Shown piece after piece: positions 1 through 13,200 of a DNA stretch of 64,000 nt. The position numbers and the translations under genes were made by a program. The DNA comes from Eutreptiella sp. 'Long Island Sound 2002' (Eukaryota; Protista; Euglenida): NCBI GenBank assembly GCA_964036045.1, contig OZ038378.1:173414001-173478000 (forward strand), in the 5' to 3' direction. The first letter of the stretch is position 1. Every line of letters begins with the position of its first letter. Under the pieces are notes generated by a model, which did no database searches, was not told the DNA's origin, and saw only the letters and a program-made list of their open reading frames with translations.

Positions 1-149
1 GAAAATGGGCAATTTTTTCACCCCGGAGGATGTCAAGGCCCCATTATGGCCCGGCCTGTTTGGTGCTCACGTAGGCTGCTTGAAGTAGTCAAGTGGACAC
101 TAGTATGGGGGTCTAGCTAGTATGGGGGTCTAGCCATCCGGTTGGGCAA

Positions 150-1000
150 TTTGAAGGGGCGGAAACCACAATAAGTGGGGGATTGCAGGTGGACTAGGCA
201 CCTTCAGAATCATGTTTTGAGCCACGTAGTCCGAGACATGGCCTGTTCTTGATTTTGGGCTTTTTGTAGGCAAATTAGTAGGCAGTAAAAATTGCGCCCA
301 TTCAAGGCCCTTTTAGGGCCATTTTGGGGTGTCTTGGACATATCATTGAGTTAGAGGGCACCAAAAGGCTCCATGACACAAGGACGTCAAGCTGCCCGTG
401 GAGTGTACCAACTGTTTTCCGTCATTTAGCTGCGTGTAACGGGTTCTTGAGCTATTTTGGCCCAAAAAAACTGGCCGTTTTTGGCCCAAAACGGCCCAAA
501 TTTGGAGGGGAACCTCTTCCTGCGCCCCAGGCCACCACTATTGAATTTTTGGCTCAAAACTTGGATTTTGGAAGGCCACCACATAGGCTTTGGTATGGCT
601 AGAGTAGATAGAGTAGAGTAGAGCCAAATAGAAAGGAGACGTGTTGTTGCTTGCTTGCTTGCCATTGTCGGCTAGATTTAAGGGGAGAGGGGTGTAGCAA
701 TATATCCTCTAATCTACACCCCTCTCTATGCATTTTGAGCACAGCTCTAGGGTAGGCTAGAAGCGTCCTCGGGAAATGGCCTTGAGAAACATTTGAAAAG
801 CTAGGGCCACGGTTTGATGGACCACAAAGGGTCAAAACGGGAATAGGATGGGCTGATTTCCCTTTGTGAAGCATCCCAAGTTGTCTCAGATTTTTGAACC
901 ATTTTGACCTATTTTTGGTCCCAAAATGGCCCATTTTCAAGGCTTTTTGGGACTTTTGACAAGTGAATGCGAGTCACAACGGGCCAAAGTGGGCTCAATT
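150..1000. repeat. Dispersed repeat family A fragments (same family as 58360-64000)
   Basis: 210-250 (gttttgagccacgtagtccgagacatggcctgttcttg) matches 60770-60820 (gttttgagccacgtagcccaagatacggcccgttcttg). 700-727 (tatatcctctaatctacacccctctc) matches 59603-59628 and ~59998-60022. Confidence 0.75.
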
Positions 1001-3930
1001 CACCCGTCGGAGCGTGGCAAGTGGTTTACAATCATTTTTGGAAAAACTTGTCTTTGATCATGACCTAACCGCCACACAATAACAATAGTGCGGGTAGAGG
1101 AGGCACTTTGGACACTATGCATGAAAGGCCGGAGCAACGCATTTGCAGCAGTCATTGTGGTATGCCGATTCTCATAGGTGCTGACGGCGGTGCACATTAC
1201 TATGAACCGTTCGGGTAGAAGCGACTCAAGGTGTGACTGTCAGAATTCCGACAGTGAAAAAAATTGCACGAACGGCAAAATGTGACCAATGAAAATTTTA
1301 CGGTGCTAGAGCTCTAAACATTCAAGAATCTCGGTCAACGTTTACATTTCATACCGAGTTGTATGTGAAAAACTTAGCGGCGTTTTGAAATAATAGTGCA
1401 AGATCCAGACCTTGTTCAGAAATGTTGCGACGAGTCAAGGAAATGTATAAAATGGGTCTACGAAAGGGCAGATAGCTGCAAGTTGCATTTTGTGGACAAG
1501 CTGGAAGACGTACCCATAATTGGACAATTGCGGCCGGGGGAATATTGATCAAATGCGCCCCAAACAGTCGTTCAATGCTCCCATGTTTTTTAATTTTCGG
1601 TATAATGATTAACCCTGAATGGCATGTCTCAGTGCAAAAATGTTCACGGCACCATCGCCGTTAAAAAAAGTCGTTTGCCTGGTGGTTGGCCCCCCATACC
1701 AATATTGAAACATATGTTCTTTGTCTGACGGATGGAGAAGGGCAGAGATGGACAAGGGGGGGGGGGGGGTTGCATTGCACATTGTTGCTTCCCATATGAG
1801 CTAAGTGTGATCCCCCTCATAACCTATGGCAGCTGGACACGCCAGTGAAGACCCCGATGGGCAGGGAGGGAGATCGTTCGATAGTGGGTAAACATTGACG
1901 GCACCAGCGCTATAAATGTTTTCGGCGCCGGCACCATAAAATGACAAGAGGTAATCCAAACAAGGGTGTACAGGTGGTAAGCCGTATCCCCCCGAGAAAA
2001 ATCTTGGGGTTGCATGTTTGCATGAGCATGCAAGGTGGGGGGTGTACATTTCCCCCACACAAAGTTCCCCACACAACCCCTCAGCTGTCTGCTTGTTTTT
2101 TGTTGTCAGCCCCTAGGAAAGGTGACGTGGATTTTCATTCTTGTGTAGAAGGAGATCAGGTATAGCCCCCACCCTGCAGTTCTCATGGCAGCATTTTTTC
2201 CTGCCTGCAGTCAATTGTATGCACACTGCAAGCAGCAAAAATTTATTGTGTGACATAAAAAACAGCTATCACATGCTCACAGTATAGAAGGCAGAAAAGC
2301 GAGGAAACTTTCATTGACGTGTCACTCTTGCGCAAAGTTGTAAAAAATCAAATTGCTTCTTTCTTGGGTGGTCCCTGTTCTTGGTCTGTCGCACACTTTC
2401 CCTCCACATCCTATTCTATAGGTGTGTTTCCACCATGTGGTTTTATTGCACCGGCCTGCATGGGCAACTATAGAAAATTGCGGCCAAGCCCTCCTTGCAT
2501 ATTCCTTGCGCACTCGGATGGGGTAAATTTGAGTGCATTGGGTGGACCAGATAATGGGCCTTCTGACCGGTCCGTTTTTGCCTATGGGCTGAAAATTAAC
2601 ACTGTTTCCTGGGCCAAAACAGGACTTTCAGTGCAAAAATGGAAATTTTGTTAGAAAAAGGCCATTTGTGAGAGCGGCGCAAATGTGCAAATGTGTTGGG
2701 GGCACAAAGCAATGCGCAAGGAGGGCTTGGACACCAATCCCCATCGGTGCTGTGTGCAAGTGGTGCAAAAATAGCACAGTCTTATAGCACAGTTTGACAA
2801 CACCCCTTCAAAACAAGAGCACCCAGAAATTGTGCAACAGCCCAAAAACAGCCCCCTCCCAAAGTGAAAAAAAATGTGGTTGATGACTGAACACTTATGA
2901 AACACCTATGACAATCAACTGACTGTTTCCTGGTCTGGCTGTTATCTGTGCAGCCCCTTACAACTATTCTTAATGGTGCAAGTGCCGTAAATATTCATGG
3001 TGCTTGCACTGCGAATGAATGCAATTGACCACAGGTAAGGGAAAATGCTGGGGAAAATGCTGGGCAACAAGAAGTCAGGGGTGGGGGCAAATTATCCCTA
3101 TTCTGTTGGGGTTGGTTCTTGATTGTTTACGGCGCCCTCACTGTAATATTTTACCACCGGTAACACAAAAGTTTACGGCTCTGGCTCTGGCGCCGTAAAC
3201 AGTAAGGCCATGCACATACCTTACCTCCTGGGCAGCGGTCAGTTTCAGTATGGACACTGACAGACTGACCCCACCCTGCATTTCCCCCACTGTGGCGGAC
3301 ACCAGTGCTCACCTTGCACACTCCTAACCTGCTACCCCTTACCCAAACCGAACCATTTGCATTGGCCCCTCTGAAAAGCCCCCTGCGGACTATGCAGGTT
3401 CCCCATCCCCCATCCCACTAGTCCATCTCTGCCCTGCACCTGACCCTGCATGCAAAACACCTCGCCTGCCTGAGGCAGGCTGTTACAGTCCAAATTATAT
3501 TGTGACTATTTTGTGGTCTGGTTTGTGCCTGTGAAGAAGGATATGCACAGGAAAGGGGGTGTAGTCTCTGTTCCTTCTGGGGGGTTTCAGTTCTCCCAGC
3601 CAACCCACTGGTTTATCTCACACACCCCTTCCAGTTTACGGCGGTGGCGCCATAAACGTTTACGTTACAAGTGTGCCAATCCGCCTACCAACCCCCTTTG
3701 CATTCCCTACATTTAATGGAAATCTGCATGGTGTTTATGACACTTTTTGCACCGTGCGCCCCACGTTAACGGCTCTGAGCATTTGCACAGTGCACCCCAA
3801 GATCAGCTGGCAATGCGCTGCACGGTGTTGTGATGTGTCTTGTGACCTTGTGCTATGATGCAGTAACTTGTGTTGAACCACGTTGCGATGTGATGCATTG
3901 ACGCGTGCCTGACAACAGCAGCAACTCTAC

Positions 3931-4224
3931 CTGCCCATCCTCGGTTAGTACTCTCCGGGCCTGCCTGAAAAATGCTTTCAGCAGATTGGAATTGGCCTCT
4001 GCTGCCGTATCTTCGTCTATGCTGCCTAAACTTTCACTGTGCCCTGTCTCCGGAAAGTTGAAGACGATGGTCCGGAACTCCTTCGCACCAGATGCGGTCA
4101 TAATGTCGAGCGAATCTTTTGAAGACCCCTTGATCAATGATGTGGCATCCACTTCAAACATCATCTTAACACCCAGAAATTGCAGCTTCTTCTGCACCTC
4201 GTCAACCTTGAGGTGTTTGGCAAA
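3931..4224 (-). CDS. Exon 9: C-terminal half of DUF2431/Bmt5-Bmt6-like rRNA (uracil-N3) methyltransferase domain
   Basis: FAKHLKVDEVQKKLQFLGVKMMFEVDATSL...FRTIVFNFPETG...NSNLLKAFFRQARRVLTEDGQ contains the VDAT, FNFP(H)xG and NxxLLxxFF motifs of the family. Acceptor tacag at 4225. Donor cag|gtagag at 3931 is likely, but the exon could read on to the stop at 3853. Confidence 0.85.
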
Positions 4225-7200
4225 CTGTACGCACAGGATTGTAGAGTAATTTTTTCATCCAACACAACACAACACAACACAACACAACACAACACAACAC
4301 AACACAACACAACACAACACAACACAACACAACACAACACAACACAACACAACACAACACAAGGAGGAGGAGGAGGAGGAGGAGGAGATGCGGTCCCCCG
4401 TCAGGGCGCACCCGCCGCACAACCCCATGGTGCCCGCCGGCCCTCTCTGGTCTGACCGCGACCGAGAGGGGTCTCTGTCCCGACCCGTCCGGCTAAGCAT
4501 CATGGCGGTGGCTCTCCTCTTCATCTCCTCCCCATTGTCCCCCGGCCCCCGCAACGTGCACGCACTCCCGCCCCACACGCTGCTGGTACCCCCCCCAGGG
4601 GATCGGTTCAGGGGGCAAGACGGAGCGATGGCTCCACTTACGGCACAATCCGCCACCCCCCCTTGGGGAGAGGGACACAGTCTCACGGGTGTGGGCCCTT
4701 AGCCCGCCACGTACTGCCGACTGGCGTTTGGCCGGCGGGTCTCGGGGGCTTGGTCCATAGCCTGATCCCCCCCCCGGCCGCACAGCACTCCTGCCGGAGG
4801 TGTCCGTGCGCGGACCTATACACTCAGACCCCTTCGGCCCTGTGCCCGGGAACGTACCTGGGCTGGAATGTGCCGTGGGGGCTAGCGAGAGGGTCGAAGG
4901 GTGAGCCCCAATAGCTGGTAAGTGACCCGTGGCTAGTACCCGGCCATGCGCAGCGTGGCCAATAGCATGTCCCGCAACCGGCGCACCAGCCGACAGTCGT
5001 GGGGCTCTCTCGTCTCATACAGCCCCATGTAGCGGTGCGGCGGCCCATAGGTGATGAGCCAAAGCAACCGCCGCGCGGGGAGACCGCCTGGCCTGTCGAT
5101 GATAACCACCTGCGCCCCCGGACCGCACGGGGCCAACAGCCCGGGGTGCTGGGTAGCGGCCGGTCCGAGTACCAAAAGACACGCTGGGACCCACCCCAGT
5201 CGGGGGGCAGCTGTTGCCCCGGAGGGATGACGGCAGAGAGCCGCCCATGCTTGCAGACGGGCCACAGCAGGCTCGCCCCGGGGCAAAATCCGGCCATAGC
5301 TGGCTGAGCTCCCCATTCATAGGCGGTCGGGTCAAAACGCTCTGGGACCCGGATCGCAAGATCCCACGTTTGCCCGTCGTCGTCCCGGTAGTGGACCTCT
5401 CGGGCCGCCGGGATGATGGGCATCTCGCGTTTGCGGTCCAAAGCATCCCAAAAGTTGACGACAAGGGCTAGCATCCGTTGCGCGGCTCCCACCACCAGCC
5501 CCCGGTCATACAGGTAAACCAGACCCTCGACTTCCCAATCGCCGAAAGGATCCAAGTATATGGTACGGACCAGATTACTGGCCGTGGGGTGCGACGCACC
5601 CCAGCACTTGTACTCCCACCGCGTCGGCACTTTCCTGGACGCCCTACTGCACGGCGCCGGCGGTGTGACCAAGCACCAGGCCAAAGCGGCCCGGCCCCGG
5701 GTGGGTTGGGTCCGGGGGCTCCAGGAGCCACGGGTATGCTTTACCCACAACGCCGTCCAGGTACACAACTTGGACCGTTTGGTTCACGCCGAGGCCCGCC
5801 GCCTGTGGTGTCTCCACACAGGGGCTCCTGAGCGCCCCGTGCGCAAGTCCTTGTCAGTGTACCACGCGGTCACGGAGCGCAGCCTCATTCGCTAGGGTTC
5901 CCACATCCGCACGATGGCACGGCGTGAAGGCCTGGGACCTACGGGGGATCCCCGCCCTTGCCCCGCTTGCCGGTGAGGACCCCGGATTACCGGATTGCAC
6001 CGCGTCTATGTACCCCTTGCTGTCGTGGAAGGACCATTGCTGACCCCATATACCCCAGATCACCCGATGAGCCCCGCGTGCACGCAGCACCTCCCACACG
6101 ACGTAGAGCTCCACTTGGTAGGACCCGTCCACGTGTACTGGAATGGGTATGGCATACGACTGTTGCCACCCCATCTTGGGGTCCACCACCACCAGCCCCC
6201 CCCCCCCCCCAGGCCAAGTGGTCAGGGTACTAGGAGGCATCTTGCACAAAGACAGCCTCATCCGGGACATCCCATAAAGTGATGCCCTCGGGGGGTTGCT
6301 CCTGGGCCCACTGCATGTTCCTGGGCCATGGGGAGAAGGTCCCCGGTCCGTAAAACCGCGAAGGCCAACCGGCCCTGCGGGTGCAGGTCCAATCCCGGTA
6401 GCTGGCCGCTAGGGCCGCATGAGCGTCGTTCGCCTCATCGACGGTGCTCGCAACCCCTGGGGGGTGTTTGGGCACCTCCACATGATGGTCCTCCAAGACA
6501 GCCCAGACCCGGATGTCCATGAGCCGGGTGTACCGGAGGAATCTATCGTGGTCCGTGGGGTGGCCCTCACAACCCCCGCTAGACCCCACGCACACAACGC
6601 ATGTCTGGGCTAAACTGCCAAAGGGCACACATTAGCCCCCACTTGGCGGAGGCGTGGGTGAGGGGGTTGGGGTGGTTCAATTGGTGGGCGTAGTTGAGCG
6701 ATAAAAACGTGGTCAGCATGTCGGGCCCGAGGGGCAGTATGCCCGAGAGCCCCGCCTCCACAGGCCCTAGCAGGCGGTGCGCCGGCAGATTCTCCCCTAC
6801 GGCAGCGCGCAGGGCGGATACGGCGGGGAGGTCCGCCAAATGCCACACCCATACTTGGGGGGGGGGGGCGGACCCCGGCCTGGATACGCGCCATGCCGCC
6901 CGCCTTCGGGTCGTACATGGCTAGGGGGTATTGTGCCCGCAGAGATTTGAGGGGCACCACCACAAACGCACGGCGGGTCGCCGTCATGAGCTTGCGGAAG
7001 TCCTCCCTGTGATAAACATGCGGGAGGGTGTGCCGCCCCAGGGAGCAGATGCATTCCGACTCCGAGGGTACGGGCAGCCGGACCCCATTCATCCATACGG
7101 AGGGTGCCCCATACCGAACTCGCTGCCCTTCCATCTAGGTGCGCAGCACGTGCATCTTGGACACATCTGACCCCAGCGCCACGGCGTCTTCCGCCGTGGG

Positions 7201-10200
7201 TAGAGCCCCGGCGATGGCACCCGCATCCTCCTTGGAGCCGCCCAACCACACCGTGTCTTCGGCCCAGGCCAGGCTGTGCAGGAGACCCGCCGGGGTGGGT
7301 ACCCCGGGGTAGGCCTTGGACACCATCCTCGCCTTGACCTCTCCCATGGGCGCGTAGTTCAACGGGGAGAGGGGGCAACCCTGCCCGGAGCCAGCATCGA
7401 ACCACCCCGCCGCGTGGTCCACGTCGTTCGTTACGCCCATATCCAGGCGCATGTCCTCCACCAACGAGCGGTGCACGCGGCATAGGGCCGCGTCGTAGCC
7501 TGCCACCCTGGGAACTGAGTCCCGGGAGATGGGTCCGGGGACCCGAAAGCATGCCGGACATCGTCCACGATGGGCCAAGCCTCACCCCGAGAGGCCCAAC
7601 GCTGCCAGAAGTAATCGTGGAGGACCCGGAGAAAGTCCCAGACCAACGTACCCGGCCACAAGGCGAACTGGAAGGGGGGAAGGAAGCCGTGCTTGCGCGG
7701 CCAGGGCTGTTCCTCATCCTTGACCACTAGGCGCACGACCTTGCGGAGGAGGACAAGGTTCGTGAGGGGGTGGTCATTGGCCCCGATACCATGGGGAGGC
7801 TTCTTAGGGAGAAGGTGGAGGTCCCCGTGCGCTACTTAGGCGGCCCTTTACGCACGTCCCAAAATTGCCACAGTTCCCAAATGGGTACCACCCCAAAACG
7901 GGGGCTCAAAAACCACTTTGAAAAATTGCACAATTGCGCTCTGCAGGGAACACCCCTATAAGCCTGTGAATTATCCAAAATGACTGTGTGTAGGGGGTAC
8001 CACATGTGCCAGTCAAAATTCATGTATTCCTTTCAAATTTGGGCACTGCAGTGTCCATCCGAAGAAAAATCCAATTGTTCCATGTCATCCACTGGTGCAT
8101 TTCAAACCACACTGCAAAATGCAACCTAAAACATGAAGCAAGGATGATGACAGGCAAGCACATGCAAAACTTTGGTTTGTTTTTTGTTACAGCTGCTGCT
8201 GACCCAGTCACTGTGATTGTATGCGAACCGTGAGAAACAATGCACCATCAGTGCAGCCAACAAGCAATGGAGGCGCCGCCAGTGCAGCCAATGCAATAAT
8301 AAATGAGGGCAACAATGCTTGCAAAAGAAATGGCGCAGCAGGGGTAAAAAAATGGCGAGTGGATGAATTTGGGCACTGCAGCGCCCAAAATTACCAAAAC
8401 ATGAAAAAGGGCACCAGTCTCACACCTGTGTAGAATAGGACGCGCAACAGCGTGCAAATCGAGTCGAAAAAAAATACTGACAGAGACACAGGCAGTATTT
8501 TTCCGCGCAACGCAGTCTACTTCTTCTTCGGGGGAGCCTTCTTGCCCTTGGCCTGACCCACTTTGGCGTGGAACGTATTGAGGGGGGTACTGTCCTTGGC
8601 CTTTTTGGCTGGCTTTTTGGGGGGACCATCATCCTCATCCCCACTGTCCTCGGAGCACAGCTTCTTCTTGCTGGGTGTGCTCCTCTTCTTGCTGTCACTA
8701 CCTCCGACCAGCACAATCTCCTCCTCCTCCTCTTCCTCCACATCGTCCCCCCCCTCCTCATCCTCCCCGTCCCCCGGCCTCTGCACCACAACTGGCATAC
8801 AGTCCCTAATCCTTGGCATCCAAGCGTCCCAGTTAACCAAGTAGACACAGTCCATCTCCTGCACATACGCCGCTAGCTGTTCACAGAATTCGTTAAACAA
8901 ACCCTGCTGCCCAGTGAAACAAGCTGCCACACAGGGGGACTCAGGAAGGCAGGACAGAAGCTGTGCTGGCAATACAGCCGACGCTGTCAGAAGCAGGAGC
9001 CACACTTCATCCTCAGACTCTCTGTCCCGTCGGGGAACAATACCAAGCACACGCAGGAGCCAACCAGCCGCTGCCAGACCAATGGTGCTGCCGTATGCAC
9101 CCTGATCGCAAATGAAAATATTCGGGACCTTCACCCTAAACTTGTTTGGGACACAGAAGCAAATAGTCCTCTCCTCGAACCGATAGGTTAGGGTTGGACC
9201 GGGCTGGACCGGAGGGACTCGGGTGTAACCGTCGCTGTGTGGGGGAAGAAAAAAAAAATACCTGACGGATGGCGCCCCCCCTCGGTTCCATAATAGTCAC
9301 CTCTTCTCGCCGGGAGGGGATGGCGCCCCTCCACGGCACAACAACCGGGGGGCCTCCCCTTGGTTCATATATCCTTCAAATTGTCAGCGCCGTTGTTGGC
9401 GTCACCGGTGGTAGGAACCCGGGGGGCCTCCCCTTATTTCAATTTCATCCATCGTATTCCGACCGGCCGCCCCACGTGGGATTCCCCGCATGGGGGGCAC
9501 GGGGGGGCCTCCCCTTACTTCAGAAACTTTTCGTTTTTATTCCCAAGTTCACACGTCACACAAGTCCTGCGACCTGGGGGGCCTCCCCTTCTTTCAGGTT
9601 AGTGTACGCCGCTGGTAGGGGATGGCGCCCCTCCGCGTTATCACGGGCACAGGAACAGTAACGGGGGGCCTCCCCTTGTTTCACAGCAATTCCTAGGGAG
9701 CCAGACGTCGAGGCTGCAGGCAGGTGCCATTACCCCGGCGCAGTGAGCACCGTAGCGGCAGGCGCTGGCCCTTACCTCCGCCACGATGCTGTCTCCCCTT
9801 TATTCCACCACCTCCCAGCTCCGGTCCAGGCATCCCGCCGGGTGCAGCAGGGCGCGTGGCTGTGAGGCCTGATGTCACGGTTGCCCCGCATTGCATCGCA
9901 GGGCAGGACCGGTAGCCCCCCGTGACATCAGGCCCCCGGCCGAAGGCCATAGTGGTTGTGCCCCTGGCCCGGACGGGCGTCGGATAGGACGATATCCCCA
10001 CCCCATGATGTACCTGTGCAGAACACAAGGTGCAGTGGGTTGGGGTAGGGGAGCGCACACGAGCCCTGGAGGGGCTGGGTCACAGGGGGACCCGGGTTAC
10101 TCCCGCATACCGCCACCCCCCGGTGGAGCCCGCCCTGTGCCATCGTGGCTTTCCCACGGTGGCCGGCGAGGGGTGGGGCGCGCGATCCCGTGCCCTGGCC

Positions 10201-13200
10201 GCCGCGGCTGGACCAGGGCACCCCCCAGATTGCGTGTTAGCCCGGGGGGGACCCCCCCCCGGTTTCACCCCCACACCACGGTGAGGTCACGCGCCCCTGG
10301 GCAGCAGTGGGGGTATAGCGCGCACTAAGACACACAGCGCTCCCGTTTACCTGTACCCGTGGGTAGGCATCCCGGCCATTGCCTTCTGGAAACAGCGCCT
10401 TCGGCACAACACAACACAACACAGCACAGCACAGCACAGCACAACACAACACAACACAACACAACACAACACAACACAACACAACACAACACAACACAAC
10501 ACAACACAACACAACACAACACAGCACAGCAACACAGCACAGCACAACACAACACAACACAACACAACACAACACAACACAGCACAGCACAGCACAACAC
10601 AACACAACACAACACAACACAGCACAACACAGCACAGCACAGCACAGCACAGCACAGCACAACACAACACAACACAACACAACACAACACAACACAGCAC
10701 AGCACAACACAACACAACACAACACGACACAACACAACACAACACGACACAACACAACACAACACAACACAACACAACACAACACAACACAACACAACAC
10801 AACACAGTACAGCACAATACAACACGGCACAGACACATTGCGACACAACACGACCGTCACAACACAGGACACACAGCATTGCAACACAATCCAATGCAAC
10901 ACGGCACAGCATATGCAACACACAACAAAACACCATGCAAACAAAAGGCAACCAAACAAGTCTTCGGTGATGTACAGGGCTTGGAATGCCAGGGAAACGT
11001 TCCCTGGTGACCCCTGGAGGAGCGACACGTGCACTGAAATCAAACGCCCCCAGTTAAAAACGTGGTGCCAAATGTGCTTAAAAAAAGAGCACGCTCACTT
11101 TGAACTCTTCCTTTTGGACCTCAAAAAATACTGTGTTTGAACAGAATGCTACGTCAATCACCGCACATCACACCACATGCCACAGTACATGTGCGCGATG
11201 GACACAGCACGCTGTTGTTTTCCTCCTTTTCTTGAACATGCACGTTGGAATAGCCTAAGCTGTTGTCAATCTTGCACAACAGCTTTTTCCATTTTGCTGT
11301 TGTTGCAGCATCAAAGGGCTGACCCATTCTTTGCTCAGCTTTGGCATCACGGACTGAACAAATTCTGATGCTGTTGGCATGAATGCTCACTCATAACCTT
11401 CATCACTTTGGTATGCAATTCAGAAGGGGCGGTAGCAGTGGCAGAGACCTACATGTACCATGCCGACGATGCCCAATTTTTCGGTCAGTCCTCCTTGCAT
11501 GACTACCTGCTCACAAAACACTACAGGCCATGCTCCTGGGGCCCCTTGGTGTCAAAGTGTTCAGCTGGGCGTGTCAGACTGGTCTGGGTAGAGAAAATGA
11601 AGGGGGGGGGGGGCGCATCCTCTTGTTTGGCCCATGCGCGGGGGGGGGGGGGGTTGTATTGCTGTGATGCTATGGCAGGTGTAGAAACAAACAATTTGCC
11701 CTGCCCTCTTTCTTCAAAACCATTGAAGCCACATAGTAGAGTGCATGTTCCCAAGCTGTGGGCTGTTCCCAGGTGGTGGGTCTACTTCAAGAGCAGTGGG
11801 GCGTTGGGAATGAGAAGGGTGGTGGAAGAGTTTGGGTCAGCTTTGTGGGCATGGTTGCATTTCTCTGTCGGCAAATCCATCTTGAACTTTCTATGTTTAC
11901 CATGGCCAATCACCGTGTTTGCTATCATTTGTGGTGCACCGCTTGCACAGTACACAAGGCACCTTGATATGAATATTTTAACACATCCGAGAGCAATACA
12001 TTGACCAACATTGTAACTGAAAAAAACATCTATTCGAGACGGAGTGTTTGACGCTCTTGCCAAATCTCGCATTTGAGTTTGGGTCTGCGGCCTGAAAGGG
12101 CACCAAATGTGCAAGCTTCGTCAGGGGAAGAAGGCCCGGCACCTCCGATGCTACTGTGTCCGAAGTGGCGACCATGCCACCTCCTGTCCCGAGGGCCCAT
12201 GCCAAAGCAGAAGTGAAGGAAAAATTGCCCTCGCCCAAAAGCAGCGTTGGGGTCTTGTACAGGCTCTTGTAGACCGAGGGGACGGAGATGCCACGGGGCA
12301 AGTTCACAGGGCTAATCAGGATCCGCATGTTCTTCAACCGCGAAGCTCGAATCTCCATGTTCAAGGCATTGTACACAGACTCAGGTTTTCCAAAAACGAA
12401 GACTGCCTCCCCTCTCCCAGTTTCCAGCCACCTGAAGCAAGGTCAGGGGACGGTCTGCAGGCCAGGGCAAGTGGCAATGAAGGGAGCGGAGGGTTGAAGA
12501 GGGGTCCCAACATTCAGCAATCCTGAACAGCTTCAACAACCGTCAGCAACCCTCAAAGACCTGCAACAGGTTACAACAACCCTCAGCACCCCTCAACTAC
12601 CCCAACAACCCCCCAACTACTCTCAACTACCCTCACCAGCAAGAATCCTCGACAACCCCCAGCAACCGCGACACAGGGCTTAGAAGTACCGATTTCCCAT
12701 GCTGCTCAAAGGTACAGGCTTTTATGGCACGCCCCAGGGGCCATATTGCTTGAGTAACCTCTTCTACCTTCCGTACGTTACCATACTGTCTGCCCCCCCC
12801 CCCAACCCCCCAACCCGTCCCTTGTTGCCCAAGGGTTAATACCTCTGTCATCCCCCTTTCCACTTGCCTCCTCCAAGGCTTTGGACGGCCCATCCTTGGC
12901 CTCACGAGTGGGCCATGACTGAGGCATTCCCCCCTTGTCCTCCACACTGGTGCACATGATAAACCTGAAAATACGCATTCGCAAGCTGGTGACAGCTGAG
13001 GGGTGTAGCTCAGTTGTTGGTGCACTGGACTTCAGGTGTGAGGGTCCTCCGTTCATTCCCCTAAAGACACAGGGTTCCACATGTTGGTTGTGTTATGTGA
13101 GTACGCCTAAACTTTTATCAACTATTTCACAGCTGCATGCCCAGAAAAAAACGGTCCGTGTTGTTCTCTGGTGGCCTCTAGAACATTCCTGGTGCTCTCT

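Larger units (their letters stand above)
4363..10404 (-). mobile_element. Decayed, 5'-truncated non-LTR retrotransposon (L1/Tx1-like; APE-RT-RNase H-CCHC) inserted in (TTGTG)n, interrupted at ~7855-9690
   Basis: Minus-strand domain remnants occur in the expected order: APE-like FPEGNGRDAYPRVQVNGSAVCLSARYTPT (~10400-10300), RT motifs, RNase H, then CCHC-like YMGLYETREPHDC (~5040-4995). A (TCC)8 tail lies at 4363-4386. The same microsatellite flanks both ends. Many frameshifts. Confidence 0.85.

Noticed and set aside
1150-1222. Adenovirus/Polinton protease-like HYYEPFG motif
   Set aside because: Only a few residues, bounded by stops, with no other viral hallmark genes.
1349-1552. Terminal exon of the methyltransferase gene
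   Set aside because: One frame has a faint resemblance (MQLAAICPFVDPFY), but there is no usable AG acceptor after the upstream stop. The 3' end is left unresolved.
4161-4455. ORFs encoding (CCVVL)n / (TTQHN)n
   Set aside because: Translations of the pentanucleotide microsatellite, which has no stop in most frames. The same applies to the ORFs at 10237-11140.
7856-9152. TIR pair GTCCCAAA/TTTGGGAC delimiting the insert
   Set aside because: Only 8 bp with no TSD, which is expected by chance.
9347-9683. True CRISPR array
   Set aside because: Eukaryotic intronic context, no cas genes, spacers longer than typical, and repeats GC-run rich. Kept only as a repeat-spacer finding.
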